NCBI RefSeq assembly: GCF_009914755.1
Contig: NC_060934.1
Length of the DNA stretch: 64,000 nt
Reading direction: 5' to 3' (one strand)
Source: the human T2T-CHM13v2.0 reference genome, Homo sapiens
The translations under genes were made by a program, and so were the position numbers. Each line of letters starts with the position of its first letter. Within the stretch, counting starts at the first letter, position 1. The notes under the pieces are model-generated. The model did no database searches. It saw only the letters and a list, made by a program, of their open reading frames with translations, and had not been told where the DNA came from. Below are positions 1-17,665 of this stretch, piece by piece.

Positions 1-2147
1 GGTATACCAGATCATCTTCACTTTCTCTTTCCTTTATGCTTGTCTTTATGAAATTATTTTTCTGAAATTATGTTTTGCAATCAGCATGTATTATAGCATA
101 TATACATGTTCTCATTTTTAAAAAGTAACAGCTTAAATTACCAAAGTTTTACTCTGTTCCCTTTTATTTTCCTTACTCAGCATTATTTCTTTTTTCCTTG
201 CTTATTTAACTTTTAAAAAATGCATAACATTATAAAAATGTCTGTTTTATTTTGAACAGATGCATTTCATGTTTATGTGATTAGGCAGTGTCCTTTTTCC
301 CTAAAGCAAAAGGTTCTATTGCAAATGAAGATTTAATTATTACTTGAGGATGAGTATGTTATTATTCATGAGTTATATAAGTCATAAAAAATGTCCAGGG
401 TGATAACAATACGACCTAGAAAACAAGGACTTTAGCTAAGGGGATTTACTCTGCTATTTATGATATTATCTGGCCAATAGATGGCAGGACTTGGGGGAAT
501 GAATGCAGTCTAAGAAAAATCATCATGTTTCCATTCTCTGATTACAAACCCGCAGAATCCATTAATAATCCACACTTCTGGCTTAAAGTGTTCTTTTCAG
601 TCTTTTCTAGGGTGTCCAGATATGCATGCCTAAAGTAAACTGTATCAGGTTCAGCAACCCACATTTGAAAGTGGACATTTTCAAATCAAAATGTTGTCAA
701 AGGAAAATAACCTGGATTTTCCAAGACCAGAGGCCTCTGAAAAAGAAAAGATTCAGAGTGGATATAACTGTCTTCAAATCTAAAGGACTAGCAAGATAAA
801 GAAGAGATTTGTCTTGTCTGCATAACTCCCAGATGGCAAACCAAAGATCGTTGGATCTTCTAGGGAGGATTTTTACTAAATAAATGCAATCACTTTCTAA
901 ATATAGAAGTAGCCAGAAATGGAAGGGATGAGATGTGGGAGGGCAGAGGCTCAAGCCTTCCTCAGTTTTATACTACCAACTCTCAGCACAGGTCCTGGCA
1001 GAGAGACGGCACTTTAAGTTTTATGGAATGAATTGAGAGATAATAGGTTACATCTTCATTGAATATATTTCAAGTTTAGCAATATGGCTTTTGTTGAATG
1101 ATATTTTCTGAAGTTGTTTAAAGCACTAGAAGGGAAATTGAACTAGATGATCTATGAGTATGTGACCATCAAACCCAGATTTTTCTAGGATTTTTTAGGA
1201 CTTTCAATTTAAACTATTTTGTCCTATTCTTCCCATGGGTATATTTCCAAATGTTCTTCTCATTAGTAAAGTCCAAAATTTATGATCAGCTAGTCTTACT
1301 CTGGGTAGCAATTACTAATAGAATGACAAAGTGGATTCCTTTCTATGGGCTGGAAATCATATAGGATTGCTTACAGTTGGAGTGGATAAATGCAGTTGTT
1401 TATAACTAAAAGGTCACTTACCATAAATATATAGCTGGCTCTATCTTGGTGAATGCAGACTTACATGTTAATAAATATAATCAATGTAAGTCAACCAAGA
1501 CTCTAGGGTTATATATTTTTATTGATCGCTTTTTTTAAAAAAGAAGATTTTGATCACAGTTCTATAATATTGGGCCACATACCAATGTTTTCATAGTGTT
1601 CAAGTTGGCTTATGAGGCCACTCTTTAGGCTTGGTGAGTGTTTGACAGATGGCTGAGAATATACAAGCAGATATGCACTGTGCATGAAAGCATGCAAGTG
1701 AAGAGTCAATTAAGAAAGAATAAACATGCTTAGAAAGAGGCCACCTGATTGGTATTCTGACTACAGAATTGAGAAACTTTCTATGCAAATTATGCAGCTG
1801 CATCAGCACCATTGACATTATAGGAGTGAAGAGGAGAAAAAAAAAACAGGAAAAAAAAAACAACAACAGAGTTCTCTGTGGCAAAATAGTTTTGTGCCCG
1901 ATCAAGGAAATAATATAAAGGGGGATGTGGTAGAGGGAAGTTACTTTTTCTTCTATTTGCCTGAACCACTAATGACCACAGCAGAAGTAGCAAGTTTAAC
2001 TGATGAATATGGAGTTTCATAGCTCCCAGAGCACTGACTTTGGACTAAGAAGAATTTAGATGGGAGATGCAACCTACTTTCCCTTATTTCAAGATTTGCA
2101 TGCCTGGTACATACAGTATCATATAAATGTACAAAGGCTTGTGAGGA

Positions 2148-2148
<1 letters not shown>

Positions 2149-2192
<44 letters not shown>
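2149..2192. repeat. (AC)22 microsatellite
   Basis: Perfect dinucleotide run. Confidence 0.97.
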
Positions 2193-2195
<3 letters not shown>

Positions 2196-2827
2196 AAACA
2201 GCAGGAGCACCAAAGAGGTAGATCATCCATTATTCAAGGAATTTTTTTCGCCCCTATTCAATACACAGTAACTTAAATAATAAGGGACTTTCATATAAAA
2301 AGATAAAGTATTTTAGATGGGAAAAAAAGACATAATATAAGCTAACAAATGAACCCAGTTATTTTGCTTCATTTAAAGAGCGGAAATCTGACTTGAATGA
2401 TCTTTTCCTCAATAATAAGCAAAATACATTAAATAAATATAACATACTAATATTCATGACCTGGAGCAACTCATGTTTCTTCTATGAAGACTTTTCTGAC
2501 TTCTGTAGACCATGCTGAATCCTCCCTCCTGTAGACCACCATTGATGTGAACTAAGGCACTGTGCTTTTTGGTATCAGTTTATATGTAATCTGACTTTAG
2601 CTGGGCTGCCTTCAGGCCTGCCTCTACTTACTCTTTCTCTCTCTCTCACACACACACACACATATGCACGCACATAAACTCCTGCTGCCCCCTACACACA
2701 GTTGATTCCTAGGAGCTTGAGGGAAATGGTGACTTCTTACTACATATCTTTAGCTTTCTTTAAAAGCTCAGCCCAAAGATGATACATAGGGCATCACACA
2801 GAGACCTGGATAGTCTCCTAAGTTTTC

Positions 2828-3653
2828 TGTTGGTTTTAAAAATATGTGCAAAGGTCAGGCGCAGTGGCTCACGCCTGTAATCCCAGCACTTTGGGAGGCC
2901 AAGGTGGGCAGATAGAACACTTGAGGCCAGTAGTTCGAGACCAGCCTGGCCAACATGGTGAAACCCCCGTCTCTATTAAAAATACAAAAAAAAAAAATTA
3001 GCTGGGCGTGGTGGCAGGCACCTGCAATCCCAGCTACTCAGGAGGCTGAGTCAGGAGAATCGCTTGAACCTGGGAGGTGGAGGTTGCAGGGAGCCGAGAT
3101 AGTGCCACTGCCTTCCAGCCTGGGTGACAGAGTGAAACCCTGTCTAAAAATATATATATATATGCCCAAATTCTTCCAAATATTCTAGAACTTAATTTCT
3201 TTCCCCTTGAAAGTGGGCTGGGCTTAGTGCCTTTCTTCTAGTGAATACAATATGGCAGAAATGGCAGAATACCACTTCTAAGATGAGGCTATAAAAAACC
3301 TGTGGCTTCCATCTCAGTTCCTCTCTTGATCTCTCTCTTGCACTGGTGATGCTGGTTGCTATGCTATAAGGACACTTGGCAGCATCTGGCGAGGCCCACA
3401 AGGCCAGAGCCTGAGGCCCACCTACAGATGCCTGAGTGAGCTTGGAAGTAGATCCTCCTCTAATTGATCCCTGAGATGAATGCAGGCCTGACTGACAGCT
3501 TGAGTGAAATATCATGAAAGACCCTGAGCAAGTACCACATAGCTAAACTGCGCTCAGATCCCTGACCCACAGAATTGTGTATTTCTAAGTATTTGCTGTT
3601 TTAAGCGCCCAGGCTTGGGGTAATTTGTTACATAGCAATAGATAACTAATACA
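2828..3653 (+). mobile_element. MaLR solo LTR (MLT1F-like), interrupted near its 5' end by an Alu
   Basis: TG start, MLT1-type 3' end ...ggggtaatttgttacatagcaatagataactaataca. Confidence 0.8.
2853..3149 (+). mobile_element. AluS element
   Basis: Full dimeric Alu; degenerate TSD atatgtgcaaa/atatgcccaaa. Confidence 0.95.
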
Positions 3654-4299
3654 TTTCCCATTCATAACAGCAGCCGAAATCTCTCTCTTTTGCCCCATAT
3701 TTCAATCATCCCCAAAATGCTTACTCCATTTTTTTTTTTTTCATTTTCTCCTCCCCTGTGTCTGGCTGCTTCTTGCACAACCCACTCTAGCCTCCTGTTG
3801 TTGCTCTTCAATCTCAGAAAAGCCCCCTTGGATTTCTGGTTAAAAAAAAAAACAAAACAGTTCTCCTCCATGAATGGCTTGTCTCCCAAACCATTGTACA
3901 TAATAGGTGCTTAATAAATATCTGTTCATAGTATAAGCAAACTTCAAATTCTTTTGACTTGTGCAAACAAAATTTATTCATTTGAAAAATATTTTCTTAA
4001 CAATTGAGACTAAAGTTATGGAGAGAGGTGCTTCAGTGTTTGAAGCTAAGTCTTTTGTGAGCAAGACTTGCTACTGATAACTCTAAAACCTTACCTGGTA
4101 CCTGAGCGAGACAGACATTGGACTCCCTGTACTCTTTGGCTTCTGGAACAGGAAGAAGCATACATTTTAATTTCACATGATCAAAGCTACTGTACAGTTA
4201 AAGCTCAGCAAGTACTTTCCACTCAGGAACAATTCTGGGTTGAAGATCATTGTCTTCTAAATGCATTTCCAGGTCAGTGTCTGTTGCAACCTGATTATC

Positions 4300-4755
4300 A
4301 AGGTATTTATTGAACAAATGCAGTATGCCTACCAGCATTCCCAGTACTCTGGAGACTTTCTGTCAGTCAGTAAGTTCCTGTACACATATTACTTTTATTG
4401 CTATCATGTGACACTGGCTAGTAAAACAAACACAGTTTCAAAATGCTCAGAGCCTAGCAAGAGAAACAGACATTAATTTAGTAAACCCACAGGCACATAA
4501 TTACAAACCAAGTACTATAAAGGAAAAATAGAGGTTACCCTAAAGAGGTATATTAGAGAGCTTCTTATAATCAGTGGATCAAGGAAGGCTCCTGTGAGTT
4601 AGTTATCTTTGTGAAGAGATCTAGGCATAACATGTTAACTAGGCAAACATGTAGTGCAAAGGGAAGTGGAGTTAGTTGAGCATTTACTGTATGCTAGGCA
4701 CTAAGCACTTTAAATATTACACACACATAATCTTCACAACAACCATAGAGGGTGA
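4300..4755 (-). mobile_element. L2 and MIR remnants
   Basis: tatttattgaac... and ttgagcatttactgtatgctaggcact motifs; highly diverged. Confidence 0.55.
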
Positions 4756-5506
4756 GCACCTCTTCAACCATACTTTTAAAACATGAAATCTATTACTAAT
4801 GTCCACAAGCTTAACCACTGTCCGAAGCTTCCTCTGCAGACTTGAGTTAATCCTTAAAAGTATCAAAGACAACCATGAATGAAAGAGACTGTTTAGATTA
4901 TTTTTCAGTTAAGCAGCATGTGATATTGATTATCTACAGAAGTTTCAACAATTAAAACCCAAACAAAATAGAACACAGTTTGAATTATTACCTTCCAAAC
5001 ATGCACTCTAAAAGAATAAAGGATGATATAAATAATAGTGTAACGAAGTTACTTTATTCTTTTACAACCCTTTCCATTTCTTTATACTTTCTACCCAAGA
5101 ACCCCATGATGTTCTTTTTATGTAATAAATACTGCTAACCAAATATATATGTTTCAGTTTATGTGCAGTTTATGAAAACGAACACCATACCGTGTATTAA
5201 ATTACAGCCGAAATTGAGAAAAGAGAAGGGAACGCAGTTCATTATTCTTTGTTAAATAATGAATGTTTTTGAAATAATATGATCATTAAATGCAAATGAG
5301 CATAACTCTGATATAAATGTAAATTTTTCAAAACTTGAAATGTTCCTTAAGATAAACTCTTTGGCTGAATTCTGAATATTTAATTGTTCCGCTTTCACAA
5401 AATGAATGCAGTCACCTATTCAACATAATTAGTTATCTAGGGAAAAACAATTATAATTGAACATAGCTGCTTCCCAAATGCGTTTTAAATAACATAAACA
5501 GTCCTA

Positions 5507-5967
5507 TGTTAAATATTTGGCCCGCTGCTTGGATATCTTGTATTTGCCTCTCCAGACCCCTTTTTCTACCCTACATTGTGCCTCAGAATGCTAATGTTGT
5601 GGAACCCATCCAGAGGCTCCTTTGCTTCCTGGTCTTCTACCTATGCTGGCAGGGTGCCTGGGTGGGAGAAAGCTTGAGGCTGGGGAGGTTTCATTCCCAG
5701 CTCCCTCTCCATTGAATCATTACATGTTGGGTGCATCCTTCACAGGTTATAGTTTCTGTCCTGTCTATGCAGCTCTTCTCCCTGTATTCTGGAAACTGTT
5801 CCTTCCCCTTTCCCAATCACCCGAGGGATAATAACAGATAGGATGCTGTGCCATCCCCGTTACTTTCCCTCAAACCAGCCTGCACCTTTGTATAAAGTCC
5901 TTTTATTAAACCCTCCTCAATGACCCATTTTCGGTGCACTATTTTCTCTTAGAACCCTAACTCTATA
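5507..5967 (+). mobile_element. ERVL-class LTR (LTR33-like)
   Basis: 3' end cacctttgtataaagtccttttattaaaccctcctcaatgaccc... typical of LTR33; immediately followed by a PBS. Confidence 0.7.
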
Positions 5968-6480
5968 GTAATTGATACCAGGAGTGGCCTCAGGAAACTG
6001 ATCCTCAAATGAGATTCGAATTGGGTTGTTCATGTATGTGCGTGGTGTCCAGAAAACTTACTGGGCAGGAGTAGGTGTAGGGAGAAATTGGGATGCAACA
6101 CTGAGGAACATGACCGAGCATTGACTGTAAGAATAGCCAACAGAAGATAATTAAATAGCAAGTTAGGCAGGCGAATGTGTTGATGTGAGTGCACTCAGGA
6201 TACGGGACTTGAGAATGTGGGTCCAGCACTCAGGAGTGTCATTAAGAGTCTGCTAGGCTGCTAGGCTTGCCATACAGTCAATTAGGTTGTTGTGGCAGAA
6301 CCTCCCTGGCAGGATGCAAAGAAAAGAAAGGATTCTGATAGTTCAGGGAGATGAAATAATGTACTATCTGTTTAGCCATTTTCTACTTATCACCTGTGGA
6401 TGTCCAGAGGATACACTCCTCTTATCTGGGCATTCAGGAATCCCTTATTGGGGAGGTTTTCATCATCACTGACCACCCTA
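5968..6480 (+). mobile_element. ERVL internal remnant with tRNA-Leu-type primer-binding site (5973-5987)
   Basis: tgataccaggagtgg just after the LTR (ERVL PBS TGGTACCAGGAGTGG); degenerate gag-like segment near 6160-6220. Confidence 0.6.
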
Positions 6481-7329
6481 GTAGTGGCTATTCTCAGTAG
6501 GCTGACTTCTAATCAGAGGCGTGAGATGCTTTGAACAATGTTTGGGATGAAGAGTGTGCTAAAGGGAACAGTCCACAATCACCATTCTAATGACAAGCTT
6601 ATGTGTTTTTAATCACTAAATGAATCTTCAGTATTAGTGAGAAAAACGTGTTGCAATGGAACTTTTTTTTAAAGAAATCTCCTGAAAATATACACTGCTC
6701 ACTAACCTTGAATGAATGTACTCTGCATAATTGACACAAAAAAGTGTGGAGAATTATTTCAAGTTTTGCACAAGGTAAAAACAGAAGCTGATACATGAGC
6801 TTGGTTCAAAGGTAAGCCCCCCACCACAGGTAGTTGGATTACCATTAACGATTTTCTTAATCTCTATGAAGTTCGATTCTTCATCTACAAAATAAGGGGA
6901 CTAATATCTGTCTCCCATTGTTGTGCAGATAAACAAGACAGGGCCTGGCATAGGACAGCATCTCAACTAACAGGGCAAAGTAAGTTTGCCTTGGGCATTC
7001 CTCTCTCATTGGCATTTGCAATCTATTACTACATCTTATACTATAACCTTGGGATCAGGCTCCACAACTACTTATTTTACATCCCTCATGCCCAGCACAT
7101 AGACAGACGCATACCAGATCCTAACTAGTGAGAGTGATTCAATGAATTCATGAATGTGTTGTTGTGAGGATGCAATGGAAGTGGTTACTTTAAGGTGTAC
7201 CTTTCTTTCCTTCCCTCTATTGGTGTTTACATTTCACGTCTTCATTTGTTGCCTTTATAGTCAAGGACAATTTACTTAACTGCAGGTTTGCAGTAGGTTC
7301 CTCCTCATTAAAATTGAGATGACATCTCT

Positions 7330-7692
7330 CTCTTTTCCATTTGGGCTGCTATAACAAAAATATCATAAACTGGATGGCTCATAAGCAACAAGAATTTATT
7401 TCTTACAGTTCTAGAGACTGGTAAATCCAAGATAAGGCACCAGCAGATTTCTAGTGTCTAGAGAAGACTTGCTCTCTGCTTTATAAGGAGTGCCTTCTTA
7501 CTGTGTCCTCACTTGGTGGAAGGGATGAACAAACTCCCTTTGGCTTCTTTCATAGGGCATTAATCCCCTTTATGAGGGTGGAGCCATCGTGACCTAATTG
7601 CCTCTCAAAGGCCACCCCTCTTCATACCATACGTTGGGGACTAAGTTTCAACATATCAATGTTGGGGAGATGGGAACATTCAGACCATAGCA
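7330..7692 (-). mobile_element. MaLR solo LTR (MLT1A-like) inserted in a MIR
   Basis: gggctgctataacaaaa ... aacattcagaccatagca termini; MIR core on both flanks. Confidence 0.8.
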
Positions 7693-9163
7693 ACCTACTA
7701 CCCTAGTAGCAGTGCTGTGAAATAAATTAGATAACAGTTTAAATACCTACAAAATAGGGCGTACTCCATAAATTTTATTTTCCTTTCTTTTGTCCAATTT
7801 GTATTTCAAGGACTCAACACATTATAGACACTGAAATAAATGTTGTCCATGATGGACTACGCATAAACTTCTAATCTGGAAAGTTTATACACTGTTCATT
7901 TCTTTAAAAAACCTCCCAAATATCAGATTACTGCCCATGGGATTGCAAAATATTTTTATGCCTTTTATGGTTAAAATGCTCTAAGAATTTGGAAGAAGTC
8001 CCACTTCTGAAAGTTATTTCAATAAATCCAAAATGAATAGATGTGGAAAATATTTAACATTCAACAGTTAATTTTGAATAAGAGAGATACGTAGTTGATT
8101 TTATCCCTTTTATTTCTACAAACCATAAGAAGAAACAGTTTGGACAGGTTCCTCAAAAGAGGCTCCCCAAATCCTTTTTAATGGGATACATCAACTCAAG
8201 TGTCACCCAAAGATTATTCCTAACAAATGTACATATTGTTTGACTTTGCTTGGAATAAACAAAAAGCTTAAAATTAGATTATTGCTTAGAAACAGAGCCA
8301 TTAAATTAAAATAAGGCCAGACATTTGGAACTAAGTCAGTTTAAGAGAGTCACCTTTCATTAAATTATGGCTACCATGTTTGGATTTTTTTTTAGCTTTA
8401 TGCCATAGCCATAAAAACTCAGTTAAAACTTCACAGTAAGTGCCTAGTGCCTTCACACAAATTCACAAAATCAGTGCCTTTAAATAAATTCATTTTTCAT
8501 ACTAAAAGAAATGCCAATAACCACTAAATCACTAAAACTAAAAGGCAAAGAAGTGGAAATTTTTTTAGTCATTTAAATCGCTGTTTGCCTGACTTACTTG
8601 TCCCCCTCAAATTTAAAAAAAAAAAAATGTATAGAGACAACAACTCAATGCTGCTTCCCCTCATTTCTCTCATTTTTCGTAGGGTTCCAGCACTGTATCA
8701 CTATTGGAAATGTAACTAATTTAAACTTATTTAGAAAAAGAAGCTTTATTTATAGCCTTATTTGTGCTGAGCAGCTTTTCAAAAAACACATTTTTCAGAT
8801 TAATGGAAATGTTTGTGGTAACATTAGCTCTACTTGCCATTCCAAAACTATAAAATGAATTAAGAGGGAGAACGACTTGAATTAAAGCATGAGTGACTTC
8901 ATAAAAATAAACACTTTACATAATTTGTAAATTTAAATTTTTGTTACCTCAAAATGTAGGCAGAATGATTTATAAACATAATGCATTTATTTGCCAAAAA
9001 CAAGAAGAAATTTGCCTGATTACTAATAAAAATTATTTTAAATGATTTTTCCAGTGAGTTTTTTGTGTGTATATCACCGATGGAAACTTTTTATTCTGTG
9101 CCACAGATTCTCATTTCCACATACAGTTTTGTGACCGGAGACTTGACATGCTGAATTAATGTT

Positions 9164-9168
9164 TGTGT

Positions 9169-9202
<34 letters not shown>
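9164..9202. repeat. (TG)n microsatellite, one interruption
   Basis: Direct. Confidence 0.95.
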
Positions 9203-9206
<4 letters not shown>

Positions 9207-9829
9207 ATATAAATATAGAGATAATGATAGAGACATCATTATAATAGCTTCTTTAGGGAGCTCTTAGAGTTAACTGGAGAAACCCTAAGTTTCATTGAAC
9301 ACAGTTTGAATCCTAAAGTAGTTGTGATGCTATTTATATTCTCCGAATATACTGTAAACACAAAAATATTCCACTTTTTAAAATAGTGGAAATATGTTAA
9401 TAAGGCATAAAATTTACAAATAATTTTATCTTTCAAATATGAAAAATGCTTCATCCAAAAACTAATGATCCTGGTCCACCTGGTTTCAGCTCTGATGGAC
9501 TATCTTGTAAAAAACCATGCTCTAATCAAGAATACATAGAAAAGTGGATACTTTTTTTAAAGTAAGTTTGAAGGCATTGGAGGTTTTCCAAGGTAGTCAG
9601 GATTTAAGAGGTCACAATCCTAGAGAGAAGCAAAGATTTTTGAGGTGGACCCAATATTTGTGTTGCTCTTCCTCTAGGGGAATCAAAACTCTGAATATGA
9701 GCATGTCAAGGTGGCCAGGATCAAGAGGACAAGATTACAGGAAGAAGATGGGTACACAGAAGTGAATCTGATACTCTGTGACAGCTTTTCACTCCAGGCA
9801 TTTGCTGATTCTTAAGCCATGGTGGTCAA

Positions 9830-10837
9830 ATGACCCAAATGTATACTACAAACCCCAAATCAATCACCAAAAACAAACAAAAACTTATAGCTAAAAATCA
9901 AGCAGAAGGGATAACATTAAATACAAAAGTACTCAATACAAAAGAAGGCAGAAAAAGAGAACAAAGGAGTTATGGGATAAATAGAAATAAATAGTCAAGA
10001 TGGTAGATTTAAACCGAACTAAATCAGTTATCACACTAAAAAGAAATGTATGCCTAACCATATAAATTATCACATTAAACATAACACCCCTTGTGAAAAG
10101 AAAAAAGGTAAAGATGATCAGATTGCCAACTATTTCACCCACTATATAATTCCTACAAGAATAAGGACATAAACAGTTTGCAAGTGGGGAAATTATGGAA
10201 AATATGTATACCACGTTAACAGCAATCATAAAAAGCAGGATTGGTTTTATAAGTATCAGACTCAGTAGCTGTCAGGGCAAATATGACCAGTGAGAAAGAA
10301 GGTGATTTCCTAATAAGAAAAGGCACCAAATCATCAAGAGGACATAAAAATCCTAAATGTTTATATACTTAACAGAGATTGAAAATATATGAAGCAAAGG
10401 CCAATAGACCTGCAAGGAAAATAGACACATTTACTCTTATAATGGTAAATGTCAACACTCTCTTTTAACAATTGATAAAGACAAAGTTAGTAAAAATATA
10501 GACAATTTGAACAAGACTATCAAATAATTTGACATCATTGACATTTATATAAGGAGAACAACAGAAAACATTCATTTTAAGTGCACAAAAAATATTTACA
10601 AGTTAGTTCATATTCTAGACCATAAAACAAGTCTAAATTAATTTCAAAAGATTCAAATCATACAAAGTATGCTTTCTGATCAAAATTGAATTTTAGAAGT
10701 CAGTAACAGAAAATCCCAAATATGTACAGACTAAATACACAGTTCTCCATAACCCATGGATAAAAGAAGAAATAAAAAAGGAATTTAAAAAGCATTTTGA
10801 ATGGGATGAAAATGAAAGCACCAAATACCAAAATTTG

Positions 10838-10839
<2 letters not shown>
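9830..10839 (+). mobile_element. Ancient L1M ORF2 5' (endonuclease) remnant; resumes at 14905-15160
   Basis: atggtagatttaaacc ORF2 start-like sequence; ends at a TKYQNL-like segment; downstream piece resembles the NLPTKKxPGPDGF...PKPDKD region. Confidence 0.75.
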
Positions 10840-14904
<4,065 letters not shown>

Positions 14905-15159
14905 AATTAAAATAAATGGAATTAAATTATAATATTTTAAAATATTTTCCACAAGCCAACTTCCCAGCCTAAATTGCTTCATATTTAAGATGATATAAAA
15001 TTATAAGAAGTTTTCCTATAATTTTTTAATATTCAATATATTTTTTTCTGTATTTCCTATAATGCCAAAACATGACAAGGACATTCATTGTAAGAAAGGA
15101 AAATTACTGACATATCTTTGTTATTAACACACAAAGTAAATTTTAGGATATCCTAAATG

Positions 15160-15349
15160 TGAGGGTTGCAACAGGGAGGAAGCAGAAGCTGCCAGTCCTC
15201 TTAGAAGTCAGGCTCAGAACTGGCACAGTGTCATTTCAGTCTTGTTGCATTGGTTAAAGCAGTCACAGAGTCAGCTAGGATGCAAGGGGAGCAGAAATAA
15301 ACCCCACCTTTCAATGGGGGGAGTGACAGGGAATTTGCAGGCACCCACA
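15160..15349 (-). mobile_element. Old MLT1 (H/J-like) LTR fragment
   Basis: cagaactggcacagtgtcatttc...ttggttaaagcagtcac pattern. Confidence 0.65.
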
Positions 15350-16419
15350 ATTCATCACATCTTCCCACCTCTTTCAAATTTATGCTTGTCCAAAACCAGC
15401 TCTATCACCAAAGTTCATTTCAAATCCTCTCTCTTGTATGAATTATTAACCCCTAAACTGAAAATAGCTCTTCCATTTTCCCCTGTGAACTCTCATTTTT
15501 ATCTCTACCTTTCTTGGGGCACTTTTAACTTTCAATCTTGAATTATTTATGTAAGTCTTATCTCCTCTACATTTTAAATAACATTTATTTCTAGTTACTG
15601 AAATAAGAAATTCATATTATAGAAAATTGTCAAGATTCATTTCTCAATAATACCTCTCTAAAACTGCCTTGCAAATATGAGATGCTTGATAAACATTTAA
15701 TAAGTGAAGATTGTAATAACATCCAAACTTTCTAATAGGTCAATACTAGATATTTCTGAGATTGTTTGGCTTGTGACTTTCTCTGTATACTAATCATATA
15801 TATTTAAATACAGATAGGCAAAAATGAAACTAAATAATAGTTGTGTGTATTTTACCAGACTCACATTGGGGAGAAAAAAAGAAAAGAAAAAGAAAATAGT
15901 ATAATGGCGAACACTACCGAATTCTTAACTATGTGTCAGGCACAATTCCAAAAACTTCATCCTCCTAACATCCTGCAAGGTTTTGAAGAAAAGGAAAAAA
16001 TTACCAAGGAATGCAAAACAAAGGAAACAAAAGAGGCAAAAAAAAATTATCCTATAGACCTGAAGAGCTCCAAAACATCTGAAATTCTGACATAAGTTGG
16101 CTACACGGTGAGGGAAGCCAGCTTCTAAGAACATACACAGGAAAGAACTTTGGAATAAAGGGCACTTTTCCTCTGACTTAATCTATTCATTTCATATTTA
16201 ATGGAGTACTATTTTATGAATTCTTATTTTTGAAAATAAATACATCAATTTTCTGGCGAATGGAACTTTAAGTTCTTTAAATTACCTTCATTTTTAATAT
16301 AATATTAACATCTTTAACTGCCAGGAAAAGAAAAGCCTAATAATGACTTAGTTTTTAAAAATTGTGCTGTACCTAGAGATCCACAACTACAATGAGACAA
16401 AATTAAACAAATTTCTGAT

Positions 16420-16830
16420 ACTTTTATTTAACAACCAAAAAGTATTGCATGTTCAGTACTATGCTTTATAATGGTGGAAAAACAAAAAAGGAGGGTAATA
16501 TGGTACCAGACATCAGAGAATTATGCGATCTATTTGAAAAGATAAAATTAAATATTTAGGAAATTAACAGGAAAGCTTTAGTTTAAAACACAAGATAGAG
16601 GTCAGGAAAGGGAGGAATCACTTCGGAATATAACAGCAAAATAAACTTTTGTTGGAAGTGTTGGGAATTGAGGTGGGCCTTCAGAGAAGGGCAGAATTTA
16701 GAAAGGTTAGCAAAGAATATTCCAGATTTGAGAAGGTGAAAATAAGTAACTGCACAAGCAAGGGCATAGAGACAAGAATGATTGTAATATTTTAACCCAA
16801 TAGCAGGGAAGAGACGACTCATCTTGAGCA
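16420..16830 (-). mobile_element. L2 remnant
   Basis: Diverged L2 3' region motifs. Confidence 0.5.
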
Positions 16831-17081
16831 GGGTTATGTATTTGAGATTACTGGAAAATAGAATCTAATGGGTAAGGTAGATTATGACAAGCTCTGAATG
16901 GATGCTGGTCCGCGTGGTTCAGGCTTGGTACAATAAAAACAACCTGAGGCCATTTTCATCCCTGTCTGCGAGAGTATTTAATGTACTAACGGAACCTTTA
17001 CTGAGTTTTAACATAGGAAAGTTCCTCCCAAAGCGTAGTTGGAATGAAATCTTCCTACTTGTTTTCCATAAAATCAGTATG

Positions 17082-17665
17082 ATTTTCCATAAAGAGATTA
17101 TTATTTTTGACATGAAGCAAAGGTCAGATTTTGGGTGTGTATTTGTGTCCATGAACATTATGATGTATGTAGGTGTTTTAATTTCCAAAGTCAGGGTCAG
17201 GAGGCAGATTAGGGCTACAGTGTCATGACAACCAATCAAGTTGTTTGTTTCAGTCCAAAAAGTAGTCAATTCACTGGAAAATGCTCAATCAACTAAGTGT
17301 AAATTAAAATAGTTATGAATTGTTTGTAAAAAGCAACCACAGTTTGTTTTAAAAAGGTATGAATAATTTTGCATATGCATAATTTTCCCTAAAGATATTA
17401 TTCTTTAAATATGAAGCAAAGGTCAGAATTTGAGTGTTTATATGCAGGTGTATTTGTGTTTTAATTTCCTAAGTGGGGGTTAGGAGGCAGATTAGGACTG
17501 CAAGGGGCCAAGGCAACCAATCAAGTTGTCATTTTGGTCTTTGTCCTTGTCTACAAAGTAGACAGTTCACTGGAAAAAGTTCAAGCAATTAAGTTTAAAA
17601 TAAAATATTTACGAATTCATTATGAAAAGTCACCTTAAGTTTATCTAATGAAAGGTATTAATATA
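17082..17665. repeat. Old ~300-bp head-to-tail tandem duplication (17082-17381 / 17382-17665)
   Basis: Collinear identical blocks atgaagcaaaggtcaga, aggaggcagattagg, caaccaatcaagttgt and ttcactggaaaa in both copies. Confidence 0.92.

Noticed and set aside
16884-17269. Overlapping 114- and 116-aa ORFs on opposite strands
   Set aside because: No splice context or homology; they overlap the non-coding tandem duplication and are not preserved in the second copy.
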